Shown: positions 35,737 to 45,242, counted from the first letter of the stretch. The stretch is DNA of 64,000 nucleotides from an uncultured Porphyromonadaceae bacterium (GCA_964512915.1 CAZEKJ010000002.1:152977-216976); one strand, 5' to 3'. Notes: generated by a model not told the origin, from the letters alone. Translations and numbers: made by a program.

Positions 35737-35850
35737 ATGGTGAAAAAGAGTAGAAAGAAACACAGCGCGATTTTTAAAGTACAAGTGGCCATTGAGGCAA
35801 TCAAGGAAGTCGAGACGCTGAGCGATCTGGCGAAGCGAGTTGAGGTTATT
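35737..35850 (+). pseudogene. IS3-family OrfA, N-terminal fragment
   Basis: MVKKSRKKHSAIFKVQVAIEAIKEVETLSDLAKRVEV matches the HTH start of IS3/IS911-type OrfA and then loses similarity. Confidence 0.5.
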
Positions 35851-36058
35851 TCCCTCCCCACACTCCGTAATTTTCGGAATGATCTACTTTTTCACCCCGT
35901 ATAGCTTCAAATTCAAACTGTTGTATGCGATTACCGGTTGCAGGGAGTTGCTAAAATCAGATGATTGGGCAATCATCATGGATGGTGAGTATCCGTCCGG
36001 TGTACTGCATCTTGTGAATGAAATCGGATCGTTATAGATTGCCAGGTTTAACCATGGC

Positions 36059-36253
36059 TTATTTTCCCCATCGGTCCGGAAGCGGGTTTCGGAGTTCGCT
36101 TTGTTTGGTGTCCTGGATGCGGGAAAGCAGATCGGCAAACCAGGTTTGCGGATTAACGCCATTCATCTTGCAACTCCCGGTGAACGAATAGATATTGGCC
36201 AACCGCTTAGCTCCTTCATGACTCCCGGCAAACAGGTAATTTTCTCTCCCCAA
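36059..36253 (-). pseudogene. IS66-family transposase, C-terminal fragment
   Basis: GRENYLFAGSHEGAKRLANIYSFTGSCKMNGVNPQTWFADLLSRI is the conserved NxLFxGS...CKxNGxNP end of IS66 TnpC. It has the same orientation as the IS66 remnant at 28.6-30.4 kb. Confidence 0.7.
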
Positions 36254-36465
36254 TTAATGGAAAGCTTTCCATAAATTGGGCCGAAAGAACTTGTAAAATA
36301 CTTTAGGCCATTCCAAAAGATTTTTTAAATTTGGTTTTTGATAAACCCAAGTGTTGATTTGCAATATGATAACAGATTTTTTTATATTTCAGGCTCCCGA
36401 AAGTTTTCGGATCCATACTTGTTGCGCTTAATGAGTAAACAGACGAACCTTTTAAATAATAGCAT

Positions 36466-36660
36466 ATGAAAATTAAAGAGTTATCGATTTCTGATTTGAA
36501 GGCGGCGTATGATTTTGTTTTATTGGATTTAGCTGATTTAGAAGAGAATGTTGAAGGAAAGAACGTTTCTACAGATAAAATACCTGCCTATGGCGAAGTA
36601 AAAGAAATGGAAAATATTTTGTGGCAAGAACTATTGAATAGAATTCGATTTCTAGAATAG
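36466..36660 (+). CDS. hypothetical small acidic protein (64 aa)
   Basis: This is an ATG-initiated AT-rich ORF on the same strand as neighbouring cassettes. No motif was recognised. Confidence 0.35.
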   Translation: MKIKELSISDLKAAYDFVLLDLADLEENVEGKNVSTDKIPAYGEVKEMENILWQELLNRIRFLE

Positions 36661-36674
36661 AATTTAAAATATAT

Positions 36675-36749
36675 GGGGTAGCATAGATAGGACTAATGCG
36701 CTGAATTCAGAAATGAAAACAGATAGACGGGTTCGATTCTCTTCCCCCA
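36675..36749 (+). other. tRNA-like remnant (acceptor and T-arm-like ends, no anticodon arm)
   Basis: 5' GGGGTAG can pair with 3' CTTCCCC at 6 of 7 positions. A T-loop-like ACGGGTTCGATTCTCTT is present. The middle is the loop-less palindrome CTGAATTCAG, so no anticodon stem-loop can form. Confidence 0.3.
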
Positions 36750-36811
36750 CATTTTTTAGTTGTATGACAGAAATAGAAATAAGAAATAGCCATGAGTAAA
36801 TTAAAATAAAA

Positions 36812-37525
36812 GTGGTAATTCTAGGACAACTACCAATTAGTTTAAACCAGACAACAATTTCAAATTGGAAATCCGATATCTTTGAAATAGTTAAACCTAT
36901 TGATCATATTGGTATAACAAAAAATGCTGATGGAAAACGTTGGGAATATTTGGACAATAATATTGAGAGCCAATTACCGAAAACGTTTGAAGGTGATTTT
37001 CTAATTGCCATTACACGCGTTCCACTTGAAGACAATTATTACGCAAGAAGATTTAGTAATAATCGTATCTGTATGACCTTTTATGAAATGGCAGACATTC
37101 TAAAGTCAAGTAATATTCCTTTTGAAAATTTAATCTATAGGCTTCTCTATTCTTATTGTTTGATCTACAAACGATACGGAAACAGAATCCCCCCAAAAGC
37201 AGAAGTAACAAGTTTTACTCATGATGAAACTAGAGGTTGTTTATTTGATATGAATGGAATTAAAAGCGACATTATCTATTCTACTGACAAACCTATAATT
37301 TGTAAAAGTTGTGTTGTGAAATTAATTAATGAAAAGGTTCCGGAAAATGAAGTTGAAACTTTACAAAAAGAATTAAAGAGAATAACAAAGGGACTTTATT
37401 TCCAAATTCTTGACTTTATTAAAAACAACCCGATATGGACGTTAATTATTTCGTCTTTGACAGCAATCATTTTAGGGACGATTGGATCTGTGATAGCTTC
37501 CATTTTATATGAAAAAATTAAGTAA
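36812..37525 (+). CDS. hypothetical protein with a Cys pair and a C-terminal TM anchor
   Basis: A GTG start is the only in-frame start available. RGCLFDMNGIKSDIIYSTDKPIICKSCVVKL is followed by a C-terminal hydrophobic helix IWTLIISSLTAIILGTIGSVIASILY. Confidence 0.5.
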   Translation: MVILGQLPISLNQTTISNWKSDIFEIVKPIDHIGITKNADGKRWEYLDNNIESQLPKTFEGDFLIAITRVPLEDNYYARRFSNNRICMTFYEMADILKSSNIPFENLIYRLLYSYCLIYKRYGNRIPPKAEVTSFTHDETRGCLFDMNGIKSDIIYSTDKPIICKSCVVKLINEKVPENEVETLQKELKRITKGLYFQILDFIKNNPIWTLIISSLTAIILGTIGSVIASILYEKIK

Positions 37526-37549
37526 CGAGAATCTTAAGACACAAATTGG

Positions 37550-37925
37550 TGGCTGTTTTCAGGTTTGGCAGTGTCTATTAATATAGCACAAAGGTATTTA
37601 TCGCATCCTGATATTTGGTTCAGGATTCCTCGCTCGCTGCGCATGGAACCCGAAGGACCCGAAAATAAGCTCACCGCTGAGGCTTAAAAGCAGCGTCCCT
37701 AGAGCGGTGACCGGCTAAACCTTCTTTCCAATGGAATTTCTAAGCTTTCCTGACCGGTAACTGGGCTCTGTAGTCATTTTGAAGGACAAGCACTGATCCT
37801 CCCGAACCGGCGGTTTCTGAAGACTTCATCACAGTGATCCGAATGTAAAGGGGCACCCCGACAAACTCATAAGGCATTTCCTACAACTTCCCAGTTGCAG
37901 CCTTCCTTTCTGTAACGATCCGTGA
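37550..37925 (-). repeat. ~375-bp repeat R1 (degenerate reverse copy of the small ICE-type gene at 40812-41102 plus a 3' hairpin)
   Basis: It aligns along its length with 40210-40585 with scattered substitutions. It contains the hairpins ATCCTGA...TCAGGAT and TGCAACT-GGGA-AGTTGCA. Confidence 0.75.
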
Positions 37926-38291
37926 CCTGGTTGAAAATAATACCCGGAATTTTTCTAGACTAGCCGCCCAGGTCTCTATTCGCGATTATTGGTTAGGATG
38001 TGGAGATCAGGCTTTCAACTTAAAATCAGAATCATTTTGGTACATTTTCCGGTGAATCAGCTTTTACCGGTATCCTTCTCTCTTTTGTCTAGCAAGCAAC
38101 CCTTCCGTTTGGTGACCTAGTAATACAATTTTACGAAACATTAACGTTCTCCCTAAGTTTCAGTAAATTTGGCATTAGCATGTTTACTTGCGAATTTTAA
38201 AAATGTTGACAAACACTTCAAATTTCATGCTTGAGTAAATCTCAGAAAAACAATCCTTTGATGAAGTTTTAGCTGATATAATAATAAAAAC

Positions 38292-39341
38292 ATGGACATA
38301 TTAAAAGTACAAGAACAACTCGACAAAAATCGCAGAACTGTTTCGTTCGACAGTTACGATATCACTGTTAGACAACTTTATGACATGGTGATTGAAAAAA
38401 TGATTGACGTTGCTCCCGAGTACCAGAGACATTTCGTGTGGGGCGAAGAAAGACAATCGCAATTGGTTGAGTCCATTTTCCTAGGTATTCCCGTCCCTAG
38501 TCTCTTTATGGCTACAAATAAAGATTCAACTTGGGAAGTAATTGACGGTTTACAAAGACTGACCACAATAGTGAACTACATTGGTGATCAAGATACAATT
38601 GCCCGCATAAACAAAAACTGCAGTAAATTAAAAATTGAAGGACTTGAAAAACTAGATTCACTTAATGGTCACTACTTCGAAAATTTACCAAGGTCCCTTC
38701 AAAATATGTTTCTTACTCGCCCAATAAGAGTGACTGTGTTGAATGATAGAAGTGATTTTAGCTTACGATTTGATCTATTTGAAAGACTAAACACTGGCGG
38801 AGTAACACTTCACCCGCAAGAGATTCGAAATTGCATTTACTTAGGTGAGTTTAATGAATTCTTAAAGAAATGTGTAAGTAACCCGAACTTTAAAAACGTA
38901 ATAAAACTTACAAAAAATGCTGAGAGAACCGGAAATTTAGAGGAGCTTGCTCTCAAATTCTTCGCCTATTACGAAAGTAAAGACACATTTATTCATAGTG
39001 TTAAAGATTTTTTAAATTCGTACATGGCAGGTAAAATGTCAAATTTTAAAAATAAAGACAAGCTTAAAGATTTGTTTGATAACACTTTTGAAAAACTCAA
39101 TGAATTGCTCCCTGATGGAATTGTTCGGGGTAATAGAAAAAACATTACTCCTTTAGTTCTTTATGAAGCAATTGCTGTTGGTGTTGCGGATGTAATCGGT
39201 GAAAACAGAGCTATTAATGGACAAATTCTCATCGAATTGTTGAATGACCCAGAATTGAATCGTTTGACCACTGGTGCGACTAACTCTAGATCCAAATTGT
39301 ATCAAAGAATTGAATACGTTAAAGAGAGGCTTATAGGATGA
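38292..39341 (+). CDS. DUF262 (ParB/Srx-fold, GmrSD N-terminal-like) protein
   Basis: PEYQRHFVWGEERQSQLVESIFLGIPVPSLF...WEVIDGLQRLTTI is the DUF262 signature, including the DGQQR-type box. Confidence 0.8.
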   Translation: MDILKVQEQLDKNRRTVSFDSYDITVRQLYDMVIEKMIDVAPEYQRHFVWGEERQSQLVESIFLGIPVPSLFMATNKDSTWEVIDGLQRLTTIVNYIGDQDTIARINKNCSKLKIEGLEKLDSLNGHYFENLPRSLQNMFLTRPIRVTVLNDRSDFSLRFDLFERLNTGGVTLHPQEIRNCIYLGEFNEFLKKCVSNPNFKNVIKLTKNAERTGNLEELALKFFAYYESKDTFIHSVKDFLNSYMAGKMSNFKNKDKLKDLFDNTFEKLNELLPDGIVRGNRKNITPLVLYEAIAVGVADVIGENRAINGQILIELLNDPELNRLTTGATNSRSKLYQRIEYVKERLIG

Positions 39342-40033
39342 GTTACGCTATCATCAAAAATAGAGCGAGAGCTAGATTTAGTGAGAATCTCACTTACTTG
39401 AACCATTTAACTGCAATAGAACCGAATGACCCTACGATCCCTGCTTCACTTGAACTGAAGATAATGAAAGGACTATTCTATGTTCATTTATATTCATCGT
39501 TAGAAAAGACTATCAATGATTTATTAGAAAATACTATTATTTACATTAATTCTGAAAATATTAAAAATAAACATTACAACATTCCGTTTAACACAATTTC
39601 CCTACTGGATAAACTTCGTTCGTTTAAAGACTGTGGCTATAAGAATTTCTTCTTAAAAGCAATAGAAATATTCGAAGAGTTAAGTGGTGAAAATATACCA
39701 GTATTAAATGAAACAGCATTTTCAAACAGACTCCAAAACGTTTGGACAAAAACGATTATTGAAATGCTTCAAGCTTTTGGAATTAACAATTACACAATCG
39801 ATCCCAGAACAAGGACCACAATAGATGAAATAGTTGACAAAAGAAATGCTGTTGCACATGGAAGAGAATCAGCGTCGACTATAGGCGAAAGGTTTAGAAC
39901 AGATGTATTAAGAGTAAAAACGACTGTTGTTACAACTTTTAGTTACGACCTGATTGACACGTTTGAAAGCTATCACACCAGTAAGAAGTATTTAAAGCCG
40001 CAAGCAAGAAGATTTTATGTTGCGACACTATAG
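39338..40033 (+). CDS. HEPN-domain protein (MAE_28990/MAE_18760-like), predicted RNase
   Basis: It has a helical body with IVDKRNAVAHGRES (the R-N-x3-H HEPN motif) near the C-terminal third. It overlaps the DUF262 gene by 4 nt (ATGA). Confidence 0.65.
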   Translation: MSYAIIKNRARARFSENLTYLNHLTAIEPNDPTIPASLELKIMKGLFYVHLYSSLEKTINDLLENTIIYINSENIKNKHYNIPFNTISLLDKLRSFKDCGYKNFFLKAIEIFEELSGENIPVLNETAFSNRLQNVWTKTIIEMLQAFGINNYTIDPRTRTTIDEIVDKRNAVAHGRESASTIGERFRTDVLRVKTTVVTTFSYDLIDTFESYHTSKKYLKPQARRFYVATL

Positions 40034-40209
40034 AATTGCTGAATCCAATACAAGGTTTGTATAAGCGTTGTTGACTAGGACCAAGATAAAAATAGATTTC
40101 AAACTGGAACCCGAGTTTTAGTACTATTCAGAATAAACCGTGTTCGGCGAAAGGTCGTCTCATCGGATGTAATCACTGGCAATTATAGATTATCAAGTTC
40201 AGGATTGTC

Positions 40210-40650
40210 ACTTGTTATCAGGTTTGGCAGTGTCTATTAATAAAGCACAAAGGTATTGATCGCATCCTGATGTTTGGTTCAGGATTCATCGCAACCTGCG
40301 CACGGAACCCGAAGGACCCAAAAAAATGCTCTCCGCCAAGGCTTAAAATAAGAGTCCCAAGAACGGTGACCGGCTAAACCGTCTTTCCGATGGAATTTCT
40401 AAACTTTCTTGGCCGGTGACCGGGCACTCCGCAGTCATTTTGGAGTGGCAAGCACGGATCCTCCCGAACCGGCGGTTTCTGAAGACATCATCCCAACGAT
40501 CCGAATTTAAAGGGGCCACCCCGACAAACTCATAAGGCATATTCTGCAACTTCCCAGTTGCAGCGTTACTTTCTACAACGTTCCTACCGGACTTTCTAAG
40601 CCTTACCCTTCGTAGCCCTTCTCATTTTGTCATGACGGTTTTCTATAGCT
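40210..40650 (-). repeat. repeat R2 (direct repeat of R1; inverted, degenerate copy of the gene at 40812-41102)
   Basis: 40210-40585 matches R1. It extends to ...TTTTGTCATGACGG (about 40650), which mirrors CGTCATGACAAAA at the start of the plus-strand copy. Confidence 0.75.
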
Positions 40651-40811
40651 CAGAAAACATGGCAAAGATAAATCGGCCAATCTAATTTCAATAGTTTTTA
40701 CGGCATATCCTCCCTCCTTCGTCGGTCCGGTATTCCGCAAACTCTTGTTATTAGCTCAGCTCGATTTAATGAATATTGCCATGTTTCTAAATTATAAAAA
40801 ACAAAAAACGT

Positions 40812-41102
40812 CATGACAAAATTTGAGAAGTCCTACATCGAAAAAGGCAAGAAAGTCCAGGGTATGAACATTGTGAAAGTAACGTTGCAACTGGGAAGTT
40901 GCAGGAAATTGCTTATGATTACGAAGGAGTGGCTTATGTCACATTCGAAATCGCTGAGATGAAGAAAACCGTCAAGCCAGGACGAACCCATGCTTGCTAT
41001 CACTCCAAAATGTTGCAGGAGGCACAGGCACCAGCCAAGAAAACCAAGAAATTGAAAAGCATCGGCAAGAAGACCAGTCCGGTCGAGCCCCTGCCTTTCT
41101 AG
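40812..41102 (+). pseudogene. small conjugative-element-type ORF, frame-shifted
   Basis: MTKFEKSYIEKGKKVQGMNIVKVTLQ... changes frame at the hairpin TTGCAACTGGGAAGTTGCA and continues ...EIAYDYEGVAYVTFEIAEMKKTVKPGRTHACYHSKM.... The function is unknown. Confidence 0.4.
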
Positions 41103-41325
41103 GAACCTTGCTTAAAAAAAGCCTTAGCAATGAGGTTTTTTTTGTGCCCATCGGTTCCCTACGTAGCGGTCACCTATTGTTATTCCGGAATTGCTTCGCA
41201 CGAATACAGATTCTTATTCAACTATTATCCCGTTGTTATCCAACAATCTGACCTGCGCCATTCACCAAAAATCAGGACTGCTCAAGGTTGTAGCGCAACA
41301 TTAATCTCAGATTATCAATGGGTAT

Positions 41326-41363
41326 GCTTGCTACTCATACAAGGCCGAAAGGCATCGGTGAAC
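41326..41363 (+). repeat. ~40-nt conserved intergenic motif, copy 1
   Basis: GCTTGCTACTCATACAAGGCCGAAAGGCATCGGTGAAC shares the core with the copies at 42717 and 43831. Confidence 0.6.
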
Positions 41364-41406
41364 ATTTCCATGAAGTACGGATTCAGTAATCTCAACTCCC
41401 TGGCAG

Positions 41407-42049
41407 GTGAACGATTCAGCAGCTGCCAAACTAGTCCAGATTGGCACCAGCGCGTTATCAAACATCGAAATTCAGGCCGTAGCAACTGGAATTTCAGAAG
41501 AATGCGCCCGGAAATTATGGGTATTGGCCGGTAACGATTTTCACAATCTGGCAAAAATGTCGCTCAGTATCATGTGCCAGATCGATGGAATCACCACGGC
41601 AAGAGCCATTCGTATCGCCGCCATCTTCGAGATCGGCCGAAGAAGAAGATCCACTCCGGCAACCGTCCGGCCCAAGGTACGTTGATCTCAGGATGCCTGG
41701 AAGGTATTGGAACCATTGATGTCCGATCTCCAGCATGAAGAATTCTGGGTACTGTTACTCAACTGTTCCATTCAGATCATCGATCAGAAAAAAAATCAGC
41801 CAGGGTGGAATATCCAGTACCGTTACGGATGTACGATTGATCTTAAACGCTGCGGTGGAAAGGCATTCACCATGGATTATTCTAGCTTATAACCACCCTT
41901 CAGGCAATTTGGCTCCATCGGATGCTGATCTGAAAATCACTAAGAAAATCAAGGAAGGAGCTGCATTTCTAGATCTGTCGGTGCTGGATCACCTCATCTT
42001 TTCTGACCAAGGGTACCTCTCGATGGCTGATGACAATTTAATGCCGTAG
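41407..42049 (+). pseudogene. radC: RadC-like JAB/MPN protein, at least two frameshifts
   Basis: The N-terminal HhH part is LVQIGTSALSNIEIQAVATGI...IDGITTARAIRIAAIFEIGRR. After frame changes come EEFWVLLLN... and ILAYNHPSGNLAPSDADLKITKKIKEGAAFLDLSVLDHLIF, the HNHPSG-type JAB motif. Confidence 0.75.
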
Positions 42050-42716
42050 TCATAATGATTCAAACCCTATTCAGCTTCGGCAACAAAAAGCAGGATACAT
42101 CAACCGCGATCTTCAACATGACTCCTGAACTCAGTTGCTGTTCGGAAAAACTCGGGCTTTACCAGAATCCGAAAGCCTGCGATGCGAAATGTCCCGAACG
42201 TGCTTTCCCCGGTGTCAGGGTCACCGGAACCATCAGGCAAAGTTCTGGGACATGTGCTCTCCGAAACTTTTCATCCATGAACTGAATAAGTTTGAATTTG
42301 AAAAGCTCCGGTTCTCTGAAGTCGGTGATTTCCGGAACCAGGGCGATGTCGCGAAAATGAAAACAATTGCCCTACTGCTGGAGAAACCGGTTTGGACATA
42401 TACGGCCCGTCGGGATCTCGACTTTTCTACTCTTCCAGGTAATCTGACCATTTCCGGATCAGGATTCATGCTGGATAATCAATTCAATGCGGTACCAGGT
42501 CTGGATGATCATACCGATGGTGTTGTTTGTCCGCAAAACTGACGGATCTGTGATTATTGCTATCAGAAAACCGGCCGGCAGATCTACTGCAAAATTCATT
42601 CGCAAATAACTTTTCTGTTTCATTTCTTCATGGGTTGTACTCATGGAGCCCTCATATAAATTCATTGCTTTTTGCAAACATTAGCTCGTGAGGGGTTCAT
42701 TAAATCAATCAACCGG

Positions 42717-42757
42717 GTGCGCTTGATACCCTTACAAGTCCGAAAGGCATCGGCATT
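42717..42757 (+). repeat. ~40-nt conserved intergenic motif, copy 2
   Basis: GTGCGCTTGATACCCTTACAAGTCCGAAAGGCATCGGCATT. Confidence 0.6.
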
Positions 42758-42763
42758 TGATTA

Positions 42764-43070
42764 ATGATTTACAAAGACGTTCAGATTAATATCCATGGAA
42801 AGCAGATCATCCAGATCAACAAGCGCAAGGCCCGAAAGCATTACGATGCTGGATATGAGGTTTTCCTCCACCCTTGCAAAATGGCCTTTAATTCGCTATG
42901 GAAAAGAGCCTTGCGAGATTCCAAAAGAGATACTGACCGATACCGAAACCAAATTCGACAAATGGGTCAATCACTATGAGGCATTAAACTGCGATTCAGA
43001 ACAGGGCAGGTACTGCCGGTATTTCGTAAGAGCGGAACATTTCGATGAATTTATTGCTAAAATCCTATGA
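42764..43070 (+). pseudogene. small hypothetical ORF split over two frames
   Basis: MIYKDVQINIHGKQIIQINKRKARKHYDAGYEVFLHPCKMAF... continues in the next frame as ...GKEPCEIPKEILTDTETKFDKWVNHYEALNCDSEQGRYCRYFV. Confidence 0.4.
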
Positions 43071-43381
43071 ACCTACAAGTTTACCTGTGCACTTCTCAGC
43101 ACTTTCATCCGGTTAAGTATCCCCATGATCCACTTTGCCTGGTGTGGATCGCACAGGAAGGGAATTACCAAAAGGTAACCTCCGCTCTCACAACTTTGTC
43201 GGAATGCTTTATCTGGCCCATAAGATTGCGGATGAAAGGGGGATGAAACTCACGGTGCTTTCTACAAATATTGAAGTCGAGATCATTTATCAGTTGGATC
43301 ATAGCGGATCAACCATTTATTAAACCGGAAGAGGTGGGGAGACTCACCTCTTTTTTTATAGAAATCTTAATAATCATAATC

Positions 43382-43858
43382 ATGACAAAATCGATTCGTA
43401 AACCATGGACGAACATCACCAGGTGTTACGTCGCTATGTTGATCAAACAAAGAGCTACCATCACCGAAGATGTGTTATACGAAAAACTTGCTAGCGAGGC
43501 AGCCTTATACGCAGTAGCGTTTTTCGGACACCATAGCAAACCCGGTGATAAAAAGCTCCTCAATTATCTTTGTAAGGTGGCCGGAAAAATAGCCGGTGAA
43601 ACCACCCGGTCCTTCAACCTGAATACCTCATGGGTACACGGGAAATTCAATTGCGGGGTGATCGATACCCACCTGGGTGCGGTTGAAGTCTTCACCGAGG
43701 ATTACTTCGCCCAGGGCGATGATGGTGCCAGGGCAATCGATGAAATCCACCAAATCTGGCTGTATCTTGACTTTTCCGTTGAATCCTGCTTTGAAGTCTG
43801 GATCAGTCGGAATTTCTATACGGTGGTCTGGTTGTGCTTGATACCCCTTGAAGCCTGA
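43382..43858 (+). CDS. hypothetical protein (158 aa)
   Basis: The ATG 43382 ORF (MTKSIRKPWTNITRCYVAML...) has no recognised motif. It is followed by copy 3 of the 40-nt motif. Confidence 0.45.
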   Translation: MTKSIRKPWTNITRCYVAMLIKQRATITEDVLYEKLASEAALYAVAFFGHHSKPGDKKLLNYLCKVAGKIAGETTRSFNLNTSWVHGKFNCGVIDTHLGAVEVFTEDYFAQGDDGARAIDEIHQIWLYLDFSVESCFEVWISRNFYTVVWLCLIPLEA

Positions 43859-43874
43859 AAGGCATCGGCAATAT
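43831..43874 (+). repeat. ~40-nt conserved intergenic motif, copy 3
   Basis: GTTGTGCTTGATACCCCTTGAAGCCTGAAAGGCATCGGCAATAT. Confidence 0.6.
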
Positions 43875-44120
43875 CGTGCTTTATGTAAGGCTGAATCTCA
43901 CCCGATTTCACAGAGATCGACTATTGTAATTCTCAGAGCGCGCTATTGGGAACTGTAAAAACTCTTACCTTAGACGGCATGAACGTGTTTCTTAAATTTC
44001 AAATTATAAAGTACAATCCGATATATCTATGTGAATTCAGTCAAATTGCTATCATACAACGTGTAACGTGTTTATTTCCCCAGGAGCCTGGATATAGGGT
44101 TTGCTAAATGATTGTTAACG

Positions 44121-45242
44121 ATGAATAACGCGACAACAAGCATTGAAGATAAATTAGTAAATTGGACTGGCAGTTTTGTTGGCAGCGAATGCTCATTGCA
44201 TCAGTTGTCTCCATACATCGGTAAAATGAAATCTGCCATGGCTAAAAAACTGGTGAGTGCTTTTTCGACCAAGGGAGATACCGTCTATGATCCTTTCGCG
44301 GGATGTGGAACAATTGCTTTAGAAAGCTGGATATTGAGCCGTCAAGTTATAGCCAACGACTTGAATCTTTATGCATCAGTAGTGACAAAAGGAAAGTTAA
44401 ATCCACCTCTCTCAGTCAATTCAGCGCTTTCGTCGATTGAACAAGAGGGGATGGCTATAGAAGGGAATAATTTTGATGTAGATCTAGCCTCAATTCCAAT
44501 TTGGGTCAAAGAATTCTTTCATCCTGATACGCTAAGGGAAATCGTAATCTGGATAAATCAATTGATTCGTAAACAGGAATGGTTTCTACTTTCCTGTCTT
44601 TTGGGGATACTACATCATCAAAGGCCAGGATTCCTTTCTTATCCTAGTAGTCACACAGTTCCATACCTTAGGAATAAAAAATTTCCCATCCAAGATTTTC
44701 CTGAATTATACAGTTTTAGGGCCTTGAAACCCAGGTTGGAGAACAAAGTAAACCGTGCATTAAGTAGAGTTCCTTATTTAGATCATAACATATTGAAATT
44801 AAGCTATCAAGCTGATACAGAAACTTTGATACCCGGAATTAAAGCAGAGTCAATTATCACAAGCCCTCCATATATGAGAAGATTGGATTACGGTAGAGAT
44901 AACAGACTAAGACTTTACTTTCTTGGGGAAAATGAATGGAAGCAATTAGATGATAAAGTGTCACCATCTGAAGAAAAGTTTTTGAATAGTATGCGTAATT
45001 GCTTTATCACGTGGCTTGAGGTCTTAGATGCTGGAGGAAATTGTGTACTTGTACTGGACGACAGTGTAAGCAAAAAGTATAAAATGCCCCTTACTGATGC
45101 ATTGGTTAAAATTGCAGTTGAGGAAGTTGGGGGATATAAACATATAGCCAGCTTTTCAGACCCGATTCCAAATGATAGAAGAGTTCGGAGGAATCATAAC
45201 GGGAGCAATACCGAAATAGTAGTCGCATTAAGACGATGTTGA
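44121..45242 (+). CDS. DNA methyltransferase (N4-cytosine or N6-adenine; motif I before motif IV)
   Basis: The AdoMet motif I is VYDPFAGCGTIALESW. The catalytic motif IV is IITSPPYMRRLDY. The roughly 180 residues between them would hold the target-recognition region. ATG 44121 is preferred over TTG 44112. Confidence 0.8.
   Translation: MNNATTSIEDKLVNWTGSFVGSECSLHQLSPYIGKMKSAMAKKLVSAFSTKGDTVYDPFAGCGTIALESWILSRQVIANDLNLYASVVTKGKLNPPLSVNSALSSIEQEGMAIEGNNFDVDLASIPIWVKEFFHPDTLREIVIWINQLIRKQEWFLLSCLLGILHHQRPGFLSYPSSHTVPYLRNKKFPIQDFPELYSFRALKPRLENKVNRALSRVPYLDHNILKLSYQADTETLIPGIKAESIITSPPYMRRLDYGRDNRLRLYFLGENEWKQLDDKVSPSEEKFLNSMRNCFITWLEVLDAGGNCVLVLDDSVSKKYKMPLTDALVKIAVEEVGGYKHIASFSDPIPNDRRVRRNHNGSNTEIVVALRRC

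Noticed and set aside
36675-36749. A functional tRNA gene
   Set aside because: No anticodon stem-loop can be drawn because the centre is a loop-less palindrome, and the acceptor and T stems carry mismatches. I kept it only as a tRNA-like remnant.
37550-40650. The repeats as a CRISPR array or retron msr/msd
   Set aside because: There are only two long (~375-bp) diverged direct copies, with a 2.3-kb gene-containing spacer. There is no short repeat-spacer periodicity, no cas genes and no reverse transcriptase nearby.
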